Source: Ginglymostoma cirratum
Lineage: Eukaryota
Assembly: GCA_024137785.1 (NCBI GenBank)
Contig: JAHRHZ010000004.1
Span: 22,588,005 to 22,652,004, forward strand
DNA: 64,000 bases
Direction: 5' to 3'
In this document: positions 1 through 12,035 of the stretch, in pieces
Numbering within the stretch: the first letter of the stretch is position 1
How the letters are laid out: every line of letters starts with the position of its first letter
The notes under the pieces: model-generated
What the model was told of the DNA's origin: nothing
Databases searched by the model: none
What the model saw: only the letters and a program-made list of their open reading frames with translations
Position numbers and translations under genes: made by a program

Positions 1-139
1 GAGAATGTGCAAGCTCCACACAGACAGTTGCCCGAGACTGGAGTTGAACCTGGGACCCTGGTGCTATGAGGCAGCACTGAGTCCCTCATGACAGCTCAAA
101 TCCAGCTAAGGTTTTTCATCAATTTGAATTCAATTCAAG

Positions 140-350
140 TTTGCACATTCTCCCCAAAGCTGCGTGGGTTTCCTCCAGGTGCTCCAGTTTCCTCCCACAG
201 TCCAAAGATGTGCAAGTTAGGTAGATTGGGCAATTTAGCACAGCCATAGCGTCCAAGGATGTGTAGATTAGGTGGGTTATGAGGGATGCTCTGAGGGGCG
301 GTGTTACTTGTTGGGTCGAAGGGCCTGTTTCCACACTGTTGGGATTCTAA
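140..350 (+). mobile_element. HE1-like V-SINE (5' truncated); a minus-strand fragment lies at 1-85
   Basis: agtttgcacattctcccc...gggtttcctcc..gtgctccagtttcctcccacagtccaaagatgtgc core and 3' tail gaagggcctgtttccacactg. Confidence 0.8.
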
Positions 351-1614
351 AAAAAGATATTTTCTAGGTGGGAAAATTCAGAGTCAGCAAAGGAGGTGGT
401 CAAAGAAAGGTTCTGGAAGAGGTTTTCTGAAAAGGAGAGAGAGAGATCGACATGCAATGGGGTTTGGGTTGGGAGTTCTAGAGACTAACCCAAGTTGGCC
501 GAAGAGTTTGTACTGACAGAAAGTCCACCGAAGGGGTCTGAGAGAAGACGGGCAGCAGGGAAAGGTTGCAGGGCTGCATGACCCTACTCCCATGTGAAAA
601 AAATTAGTGAAAGGATTTTCACTTCAGTTTAATCTTTGTCCTGCAGGGGTCAACCAGAACGATCCTCCACATATCTGCAGAGTAGGATGAGCTTTCCCTG
701 AACTTTCCTGAGGTAAATATTCACCTCCGCAAAGTGCACCAACGCTGAACTAACCACACCAGGTTCCTGACAGACTATGTCCCCATAAAAGGAATGGCTC
801 TTCATTGGTAGCTAACTCAACGGCACATTTGTTGCCTTATTTATTAGGCTTTTAACCAAAACTATTCTTCACAAATATCGTGAAGGCCTTCTGATGATTT
901 CTGCACTTTGGTGCAACATCCCAGCTGCTAAAGGCCATCTATCTGTGGCCATCTATCTATGCAAAGTCACCAACTAAACCCCTCACTGAGGGGAGGTTTG
1001 TATAGAATTTATCTCTGAGAATCCATCGGGTGAAAGGTACTGCCTGGTTTAATTGTAGCCCATACAGGCCTAGAGGTTACCAGTTCTATTCTGGCCATTC
1101 TGATTATTATTTGCCTCAGTGCCCATGGTCCAGGGAAGAAAGTCAATCAGCTCACATTCCTGCTCCTCACTATTGGCTCTTCCCATCAGGAGCGTGCATG
1201 CGAGTGGGAATACTGATCGAGGTAGCAACCAGTTGTTGTTGTGTAGAGTTTGAGTATCTCTAGTACGGTGCCCATAGACCGTTAATACAGGGGCTGCTCG
1301 ACTGCAGGAGATGCACCACCATGCCTGATCCTCTCTTCACATGCTACCCACATCTGTATATTCCAGTCGGATCAAGAGGCACTGGAAGGTGGAATTCGGG
1401 CTGATATTTGCCCCTCTCCAGTTCAGCCAGACCAAGTTCAGTTTCAGCAAATGTCCTGCATGGAGTTGTCAGCCTGGAAAGGCATCTTGGCCTCCTTTTC
1501 GGTATGGACTTTATTTTCAAACTGATCTGATGGTTAGAGTTTAAAAACATAGGCACTGGGCAGCGAGCCAGTCACAGAAGGTGATTTTGGAGGCGACAGG
1601 TTTGGGTCTGGATA

Positions 1615-2175
1615 AGGATACTCCACAGATTTCTGGAATACTGCGTTCAGTTCTGGTCTCCGCGCTAAAGGAAAGATGTTGCTCAACGTGAAAGGGTTTA
1701 GAAAAGATTTACAAGAGTGTTGCCAGGGTTGGAGGGTTTGAGCTATAGGGAGAGGCTGAATAGGCTGGGGCTTTTCTCCCCTAGAGTGTCAGAGGCTGAG
1801 AGGGTCACCTTCTAGAGGTTTATAAAATAATGAGGGGCAGGGATAGGGTGACTAGCCATGGTCTTTTTCCCAGGGTGGGGGAGTCCAAAACTAGAGGGGT
1901 ATAGGTTTAAGGTGAGAGGGGAAAGATGTGAAAAGGACCTGAGGGACAACTTTTTCATGTAGTGGATGGTGCGTGGGCTGCCAGAGGAAGTGGTGGAGGC
2001 TGGTACAATTACAACATTTAGAAGGCACCTGGATGGGTACATGAATAGGAAGGTTTAGAGGGATACGGGCCAAATACTGGCAAATGGGACTAAATTAGTG
2101 AAGGATATATAGTCGTCATGGACAAGTTGGACCGAAGGGTCGGTTTCCATGCTATACTTCTCCATGACTCTGTGA
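1615..2175 (+). mobile_element. CR1-clade LINE (HER1-like) 3' fragment
   Basis: LEYCVQFWSP...ERVQKRFTR.LPG type C-terminus followed by the 3' UTR ending ctccatgactctgtga. Confidence 0.85.
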
Positions 2176-4300
2176 TTGGATACCCAATGCAATGAGGCAA
2201 ATGAACTGCTTGGAGGGCAGGCACCCAGTGATTGGCAGAGGTGCCAACACCCTAGACAGATGTACAGGTGGATGGATGGATTGGGAGGGAGTCTAGAATT
2301 AAGAAAAAGAACGTCACCCACCACCCCCAATTCCCAAAGTGGTGGCCCGGCCTATTTCGCTGTTTAACTGGTAGAGGGGGCACCCACTTACTGATCAGTT
2401 ACCCATCACGTATCTCAGTCGGGATACTTCCTGAAGCTGGCACTCTCCTGATGGGTGAATGTGCAAATCTGGCTGTTTTTCAAGTATCTGTGATAAACAA
2501 TCAGCCTGTTCTATTTTATGACAGGTCTTCCCTAAATGGAATAGGTCAAGGGTGTTCAGCACAGGAGTGTTGCTATGTTAATTCAGGGTCTGACCTACCA
2601 AAAATCCACACATGCCAAACTGCGCTTGGCTGCTCCTTGAAATTCCCAGTTGTTCAGCAAAGAGTATCTTTTAATTACACAAAAACTCTACCCCGTTCAG
2701 AAAGGGACTGGGCAGTCATCACTTTAATTCCAATCTCAAAACCCACTCTGGCATCACCTCTAAACTATGAGCACCCATGACTGGTGGTTAGCTACATTTT
2801 AACTTCCTCCCATTTGTCAAACGTCCCAAAACCAATGAGCTCAGAGAAAACTAAACTAACTGAAGCAAGAACTTTTAATGTTCATGTCTCAAAGGTTTGG
2901 GAATTGATTTCAACAAACTTGAACCCTTAATCCCGACTCTATTCTTATTGCAAGACAAGCAAACTGAGTGGGTAATCATTCAGTACAAAGTCTACACCAG
3001 GCATCATGTAAACCACTATCTCACTGAGCAGCTACAAATAGTGACTCAAACCTCCTTCCATTTAGTGAGTCTGGTTTTATTGTTCACCGGATTGTTCCTG
3101 TATGTGATAAATTTTTGCCCTGGAGATATTAATGAACTCACAGTGGTTAGAATTTGATGAGAGTATCAAGCTGAAAACTGGAAGGTGTGTTGCCAATACA
3201 ACATAGCGTTTCTCTCCGCGTGCTTTAACCAATCATTTACTTCCTCAAACTCAATTGGTCCTGTGTTTTTGTAACCGATTGGACTCTGCAGTCCCATTCT
3301 GTAACTCCTGAGGGAGACTGGGATATCTTGAATAATCGTTGGGGTAGGAGAAGGGGGTGCATAATTGGGGTGGGTCATGAGGTAATAGTGTTCTGAGGGA
3401 ACAAACTGGGTGGTCTTCACACCAAACCCAGTGGGATTGAAAGTCTCCAGGAGCAGGCTAACTTGTTCCCCTTCCAAGGCCAGGTATGCAGAGGTCAGAG
3501 GTCAATAACTCCATCCTAAACACTATCTTGACTGACTGGTTCACTAGGTATATGGTTAAGACACAATCTGCAACTTTCCTGCCACTGTGAGTCAGTGTTA
3601 CACCAGCCAATACCTTTAACTACAGTATTAGATCCTCGAAATGTCCTGTGATTATGTTTAATCATTCAATCAAAGCTGGAATATTTACATTTGGGTATAA
3701 CAGAAACCTAATGAGATGCGGGCACTGAGGAAAGCCAAGGATGTTAATCTTGTCCTTTGGTGTCCTTTTAGTCCTATCCTTCTCACCCGTAGGTGCTGAC
3801 TTGTCTAAGGGCTCCAACAGTATTCCTGTACTTGATCCCATCTTGTACGGGAGATGAGACAGTGGTTTTCAGACTATTAAAGCATGAAGTGGATTCCAAA
3901 ATCTGTTCCAATCTGGTGATCTATCTGTAAGCACTGTGCTCTCTGTTGGGGAGCATTCATCAGCAAGTGGGAGTTGAATTTTCCTCTTTCTAACCTGAAA
4001 GGGACTGGGCTATGACAGCTAAAGCACATTTTCCAGCCTAGCTGGGATTAGCTGGGCTACAAAGTTAGCCTCAGAACTAGAGCCCTCCTGGTCATTAACG
4101 CTCATGGCCCATATAATCTGCTGGATGCCTAGCCATTGCTTAAGGGAGTGAGGGATGCTGGGTGAGAGGGGTCATTCCCAGTGATTTTATCTCATCCCTT
4201 TTAGGCCCCGGGTTAATGTCAGCCTCTCTTGTTTTTGTACCTCACAGGATGTTAGTTGGGTTATGTCAAGATGCCTCAGGCATCATGAGTACAGGGCAGG

Positions 4301-4531
4301 GATAACAACAGTGTGGAGCTGTTGGAACACAGCAAGGCAGGCAGCATCAGAGGAGCAGGAAAGTCGACATTTCGAGTCGGGACCTTTCTTCATTTCTTCA
4401 GCCATTTCTGAAGAAGGGTCCCAACCCGAAACATCAGCTTTCTTGCTCCTCTAATGCTGCCTGGACTGCTGTGTGCCTCCAGCTCTACACTGTGTTATCT
4501 CAGACTCCAGCATCGGCAGTTCTTACTATCT
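4301..4531. mobile_element. Inverted head-to-head dimer of PLE family A 3' terminus
   Basis: 4301-4392 is the reverse complement of 4408-4500; the right arm extends to the ...cttactatctc end. Hammerhead core CTGAAGA..GAAAC ATC at 4408-4435. Confidence 0.8.
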
Positions 4532-7500
4532 CTGAATGAGTATGGGGCACACTTGATGGACCAGATGGTATTGCTCCTGCACGTCATTTTTGTATGTTCT
4601 CAGAGGACAGCTGAAAAGAACGTTCCTTTTTCAACATACATTCGTGAAACAAAAAGGTTTAAAACGTTTGTTCCTCTCATCTTTATTTATGGGATGACGT
4701 TGACACTGAATGGCTGAGATAACCAACAGTCACTGCTCCTTAAAATAACTCACGTCAAGTGTTTGCAGACGTTTTGATGGGATAAAGTGCTAAAGCGTAC
4801 AAACTCTCCACCTCCTGCTTCCACATTCACAGGAGACAGCCTCAGCTCCTGCATTTCAAGTTGAGACAGACATCAGCTCTTTATTTATCATGAATAATTC
4901 TGCCTGCAGATCTCAGGGGTAGACCGATTTGTCCTCATGGTGGCTGAATTTCATTATGAAAACAGACATTAAATGTTGCAAACTGTGAAAATGCATCTTG
5001 CTTATGAAATTTTTATTTGATAGATTCCCATTCCTTTCCACACTGTGGGACTCCATTAGAAAAAGTCATTCCACAAGTAGTTTAAAATCTACTCATTATC
5101 CTAATACATATGTACACTATTCAGTGCGTCATTAGGGATCTAGGACCTTCATAAATATTCAGGCTAATGAATCTAAAAGATCTATGAATAATTTTGTTTT
5201 TGCCATTCAGTGCTTCATATTATCATGTCATTTACCACTGGGTTTAACACTCATGGTGACAACTGTTTTATATTCAAAGCTCTTCCCCAAAATCCACCCC
5301 ATGCCATATTGACTCTCCTACGGGCAGCCTAGTCCAAGTAACCATACTTGAGGTGAGCTGAGAGAAAGAGCAGGACGGGCTATTCAACTACAGATGGCGT
5401 CGGACCCTGGGGTGTGAGCAGTGACGCTGTACAAGAGCCGAAGTCCATCAGCAGGCTTCATTTGAAGGTACAGGCTCAGCGCAAGGTGCTTAGAATCACG
5501 ATGATTCTCTGTTAGTCTTTCAAAATGTGGAACCAGTCGATCCTGGTGGAGGCTATTTCCACCAGTTTTAGACGTCAACTCAACCCCTCCCCCTCCATAA
5601 AAGAAAACAGTGGGCCTCAATTCCCACCCCTCCCCTCCAAAATCAAAATGTGAATCTCTACCAACGAGTGCCAGGAATGCTGCAGTCTAGAATGTCCTGC
5701 CTTTCCCAGGTTCATTGTCTTGTAACTCCCTGGGTCCACCGCTGTGCTCCCTTGTAAAGGTCAGGTCCACGTTCACTGCTTCCCTTTCCCTCGCCTTGTT
5801 AAAACGTCCTGGAGGCACAGTGAATAATGCGCGATGCCACTGTTCCTCACTTTTACACGCTCTCTTCTAAGGTCACCAAAGTCTGGGGCTCGAACTCCTC
5901 TTTCAACTCCTTTGGGGCTCAGTGAGTACTTCAGCCAAGAGTTCCCTCGCTTTATCAAACAGCCTGTGCAGAAATGCAACACCCGTGGATGAGCTGTTTG
6001 CTCAGGTTACTGCGTGAATGCAGGGAAAAGATTCACTCTCTGACCAGTGAGAACAAATGGCAGGTTGTGTGCTATAAATTCAAGCATTACACTACAAATA
6101 GGACCTACCACATGGCACCCAATATATTCTTAACCAGACTTTCCCCATGCCGGGACCAGCAGTCTGTCCCTCCTACTTTCAGGAGTTTTTGGCAGTTCCT
6201 CAGTTCCTACAAACACCGGCCTTGCCACGCTCCCAGCCACCAGTACCACAGCCCACCAGTGGGTGACACACTGGGAAACTGCCGGCGCATCACAAGATGT
6301 GAACCCGGGTCTGATGGTTCTCAAACACTTGCCCGAGTCTCCCTGCTGCTCCCACAATTCTCAGCCAGAATTGGCTTGACACGGGCTGGTGTCTGACAAT
6401 GCTCAGGGCGCAACCCAGCAAAACGCCTCCTTCAAGGCCCTGTCAACCCAGAGTGTCCAGAGGAGAAGGGTGCCAGGTCTGGCCTTTGCTGTGGTCACCA
6501 GCCCGAGATCGCCCACCTCCACTGGTCTGATTTACCTCGGGGGTCAGGGTCAGGAATTTCTGGCAGTCCCATTCTTCAGCTGGCGGTCTCTGTGAGGGTC
6601 TGCTGGTGTGAGCTAAGCTGTGATGCTCACCATGGTTGAATGAGCGGATTGGCAAAGTCTTTAGGCAAGGGTACAGGAGACGAAGTAGGGGGCCTGAAAA
6701 TGACAGAGCTGTAGACCGCCATTGTGGGACTTGGTGAAATTGTGACTGATTGCTTTATACCTGCTGCTGCATCATCAATGGATTGTTCAGATATTCCTCC
6801 CAGCGTCCAAATACATCCCTAAAACATGCAGGAAGCAGGTTGAAAAAGAAATCAAAAGCCAAATGGAATAATTCACTTTCTGGACCGCTGCCAGAGACAC
6901 AGCGGGCCCGGGGTCTTTGTGTCATTCACATATGAGCAATATTTCAATATACAGCAATGGCCAGATTAACCAGAAACCATTTTAACCTTCCTCCTTCCTT
7001 CCTTCCTTGCCTTTTCCTCTCAGATTTAAGATTCCGTCTTTGTTCTTTGCTCTGACATCCCTTTGAAATATTTATTGCTTTACTTTTCAGCCACTAAAAC
7101 ACGTCCGGCTCAAAACAAAATTCAGATTGCACTTTAAAATGTCATTAGTTTTTTAACCAGAGCGGTGAGAGGCTGCAGGAAGGTTACCACTGATCTTTTA
7201 TGACCCACTGGTATAAATTCCTCAAGTTAAACAGAATTGGCATTTTAATTTCACTTCACAACACAAAGCAAGTCAGAGGCATGGGTCTCGGCCCAGTCAT
7301 TATTGTGCGGACGCATTAAAATAAATCTTTCAAGATGCAAACTAACCAGATGAAAGGGTTTCTAATTCAATCCTACTCAACTAATGATAAACAGATCGTG
7401 CGGGTCATCGAGGCTCACGTTTACTGTGTTAGCTCAGACACGTGGTAACCAAGGAAACACTGGAGAACCCATGTGGATAAGTGGCATTATCTGACCTATG

Positions 7501-9894
7501 ACACTCATGCCAATAAGGGCTGTTAAAAGTCAAAATTAAACTCACCGTGTTTCGTGATCCAAGATGTCACTGATTTAAGATCAAGTTTGACTGCCAGAGG
7601 GAAGGTGGTGTTACCATCTTCCAGGTCTAAAATCTGACAGGGATGTGGTCATGGATCATGTGTTGCTTTCACAACAACGAATATTCATAAGTCCCAATCC
7701 CTTCAATAATTAATGCTTCCCACATCACAAGGAGCACGTAGCCTTCAGAGAAAACTAACCTTCATTTAAAATCGCTTTGGGTGTTCGGCTTGCTTCTTAA
7801 TGGTGTCCAGCGATCGATTCAAATCCTAAAAATCGAACTTCGCCTCTCAACGTCTACTCTAGCTCAGGGCAAAGATGCAGTGCAGCATCAAAATGTCCTC
7901 CACTTTGGGAGCTACAGGATACAGGTGGAAGAGGAATAGCAGGAATAAGAAGCTGCGTCAAACACTGAAGGACGCTCCACCCAGGAATGGGAGGATGAGT
8001 GCTATTATTTGACCTTTGACACTTGTGCCAATAAACGCTGTTAAAAGTCAAAGGTTGCACATTAGACGCGCCGTGTTTCTTGATCCGGGGACAAGTGGCG
8101 GTGCATGAGCATCAGTTTTCCTGGAATCTTTTTATTCACTCATTGGGCATGGGTATCACTGGCTGGTCCAGCATTTAGTGCCCATCCTTACTTGCCCGTG
8201 AGAAGGTGGGGGTGAGCTGCCTTCTGAACTGCTGCAGTCCTCCTGCTGTAGGTAGACCCTTAATGTCCTTCGGGAAGGGATTCTAGGATTTTGACTCAGC
8301 GACAGTGAAGAAATGTGATATATTTCCAAGTCAGGATGGCGAATGGCTTTGAATGGCCTGAATATTAAATGTGGGACTATGTCAAATCAACAAACTGGAA
8401 GACAATAGTGTTAGACCAAACAATTATAATGTCAAAAATATTCACCCACCCCACCATCCCACGACTAACACTGCTTTTGATTGTACTTCAGTACAATCAG
8501 TACAGATTACCCAGCCTCTGACCTGCTCTTGTACTTGAGCAAAAGAGAAGTTTAAACTAGGATGAGATTTTTAAAAAATTTGTTCATGAGATCAGAACAT
8601 CTCCTGCCCATTTCTAATTGCCCAAGAAGCTGATAAGAACCCGTATTCCTTTAGCTGCCTGCAGTGCCATAGCTCCATGGTGCCCGCGCTGTGGAGGGAG
8701 TGAATGTTTAAAGTGGTGCCAATCATGATGGGCTGCTTTGCCCTGGAGGGTGACAAGCTTTGAATGTTGGAGTTCGTAATCAACCGGGCCAATGAGGAGT
8801 CCCACCACACTCCTGGCTTCTGTCTTACAGATGGTGGAGTCAGGAAGTCAGCTACCTCAGTACAGATTACCCAGCCTCTGACCTGCTCTTGTTGACACAG
8901 CATTTGTGAGGCTGGTTCAGTTACATTTCTGGTCAAACTTTGGTACCTTCTTTCCACAGTCTTGAGAAAACAGTCTGCCACCAGTCACTGATAATGCATG
9001 TCGAATATAGTCCCAGGTAATTCATTTAACCAGGTTGATGGTTATAGATGTGCCTAGAGTCAGTGTGAAAATAGCACAGCGTCACTGAAGTTCAGAGTTA
9101 CTGCGCACACCATTGCCTCTTAAAAACTACTTTAACCAGCCTTGGAGAATTGGACGATGTACCTCCCAGGTTCTTGTGGAGCAAGGAGGCCCAGGTTCAA
9201 GTCCCACCTGATCCAGAGGTGTATGTCATAACAAAACTGAATTGTCTGCTTAAAAGTATCTACAACCAGATTGTGTTGGCTGTTCATATTAACCTCAAAT
9301 GCTACCTTTCGGACTCACTAATGTGAATAACAGTTTACCAAGATACCTGCAAATTCATTTCTGTTCAATTCCAGTTGCAAACTGTCACCATGGAAACTAC
9401 CTGTGACATAATTATAAATAACTGAAATTCCTGTCAGCCTTTGCAATACTGTACTAACTCTCAAGTAGCTACCATGCACTGGGAGTGAACAGGAATGCCA
9501 CAAATGCTCAATTAGACGCAATGAAAGAACCAGGTACTGGGACCAGCCATGTAGTGTTTTCAGTTGGTACTGCAGCGATGGTTTTAAAGACCACATATTA
9601 TCGTGGTCTGACCAGGTGAGTTAGTGGATTCACTAAAACTTCCCAAACGGAACGAGGTCTGACATCTGAGGAATGCTAAAGATGACAATATTACTAGATT
9701 CTGAGAAACTGACCTTTCACAAATCAGAGATACAGTCTCTGGTCAGTGGTGATCATAGGGAGTTGGTGACAGGGTAATTCAGAGCTGGCACTGCTTCCCA
9801 TGGGATGTAGGCATTTGTTGACCATCCCTAATTTACTACAACTGAGAGGTGCACACTGTGTCAGCTCCGAGGGCAGATAACAAGAAACCACATT

Positions 9895-10615
9895 GCTGTA
9901 GGTCTTGATTGATTTATCATTGTACCAGGATACAGTGAAAAGTATTGATGTGTGTGCTATACAGGCAGATTGTACCATACAAAGTACGAGTGTAGCAGAA
10001 CAGAGTGCAGAATACGGTGTTACAGCAGCAGAGAGAGAGGTCAGAATTAGCATTTGAGAGGTCTGTTCAAAAGTCTGATAACAACAGGGAAGAAGCTGTT
10101 CTTGAATCTGTTCGTATGTGTAATCAAACTTTTATATCTTCTGCCCGATGGAAGAGAGTATAACCAGGGTGGGAGAGGTCTTTGATTATGTTGGTTGCTT
10201 TCCCGAAGCAGTGGGAGATGTAGATGGAGTCAAGGGATGGAAGGCTGGTTTGTGAGATGGACTGGGCTGTGTTCACAACTCTCTGTAGTTTCTTGAGGTC
10301 TTGGGAACTGTAGTTACTATACAATGCTGTGATGCACCCTGATAGGATGCTTTCTTTGGTGCATCTATAATTGGTAAGACTCCTTGGGGTCATGTCAAAT
10401 TACCTTAGCCTCCTGAGGAAGGAGAGACGTTGTTGTGCTTTCTTGACCATCACGCTGATGTGGGTAGACCAGGACAGATTGTTGGTGATCGTCACTCCCA
10501 GAAACATGATACTCTTGCTCACTGCCACCTCAGCACCATTGATGCAGACAGGGGTGTGCCCTGCACTTTGCTTCCTCAACTCAATGACCAGCTGCTTCAT
10601 TTTGCTGACAGTGAT
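9895..10615 (-). mobile_element. Rex1/Babar-clade LINE 3' fragment
   Basis: FLGVTITNNLSWSTHISVMVKKAQQRLSFLRRLR; YRCTKESILSGCITA..LQRVVNTAQSI. Confidence 0.8.
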
Positions 10616-10779
10616 GGAAAGATTGGGCCTGGGGTCACAATTCAGCCAGACCAGGTCAGGATGGCAAATATCCTTTCCTAAAGGACCTGAGGTTTCTTGG
10701 TAGGATTGAGCAGTGTTCCAGTGCACTAGCCTGGGCCTCTGAATTACTGGCCTAATGACACTGCCACGACCACACCATC

Positions 10780-12035
10780 TTCATCACTATATGCTATTGA
10801 ACATCAAGTGGAGATGTTCAACTTCTCTCATTGGAAACGGCCACCATGAGGCACTTGTGTGGCACATCACTTATTAGTGTAAGCCTGAATGCGGTCAGGG
10901 TCACAGACACAGGCCTAGCTTATTTTCTGAAAAGTTACAAATGAAGCGGAACACTATACAGTTATGAGCAAAAAGCCCCACAGCCAACCGTACAATGGAG
11001 GGAAGGTTCTATGGTTACGTAGCTCATGACACTCCCAGGAAGAATTCTTCCTTCATCACCACTTCCAACAGACTGTGTTTGGGCATCCTGGTGGGAGGAG
11101 TGTCATGCTTTGATCTTGAATGTTGGCTGTGTGAATGCATAGCTCCACCTACTGAATGTTGCTTCTGTTGTTTAGCATGCATTCAGGTTGGAACCCCCTT
11201 TCAGGTGCTGCTCCTGGTTAATTCCTTCTCCACTCTCTACTGAACCAGGATTTATCCTTGAGCTTAATGTCAACGTCAGAATGAGGGATAAGCTGTACCA
11301 GGGATATCACAGATGGTAGTGGGTACCACACAGCAGGTAGTGCTGCCAATGTCCAACAGTTGCTCATGGATATCCTGTTTCAAGTTGCCAGATCAGTTTA
11401 GAATCTAGCCAGTTGATCAGTCACATTGCCACACATGATCAAAGGTGGCTTCAGTATGAAGATGGAATACAAACTCTACAAACACTGTATGATGGTCACT
11501 CCTACCACCCAGACATTTTTACTTACAGTTAATATAATACAGTGATGGTCAGTACACAATTCAGACCGTCAAAGAGAGTAATGATGACATGAGTGCCTTT
11601 ATCATACTGACAGGCTCATTCCAGATGAGATGACAAGCAGCCTCCCTTATTGGTTCTCAAACCACCAGCTTAAGCTCAGGTTTGGCAGACTGTCCTTCGG
11701 GATCGATGCTCTTAGTGATGCTGAGCTGTTCTTGGTGATGGAGATTGATGGTCCTCACCCAGTGTCCTTGCACCCTCAGCAAGGAGGGGTCCCGAGTCAT
11801 CAGCTGAGGAAAGGGCAGACAGTAGTGTGGTAGAGAGGTAATTCCAGAGGCAATGCTGGGCAGTCCAGAGGGCAATCCCTCACCACTACAGGGTACGGTA
11901 TTACCACACATGCTGGGTCTGTCCCACTGGGGCAACAGAACATAGCCAGAAAGGGTGATAGAAGGGTCAGGGTCATTCATTGCAAGGGTGTGAGTCAGAA
12001 TTGGAAAGACTACATCAGTCTGTACTGCATGGGAC
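10780..12035 (-). mobile_element. Old LINE endonuclease-region remnant
   Basis: PDPSITLSGYVL..DRP..GNTV resembles the AP-endonuclease N-terminal motif (I.GY....DR....GG) of CR1/L2-group ORF2; heavily degenerate. Confidence 0.55.
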
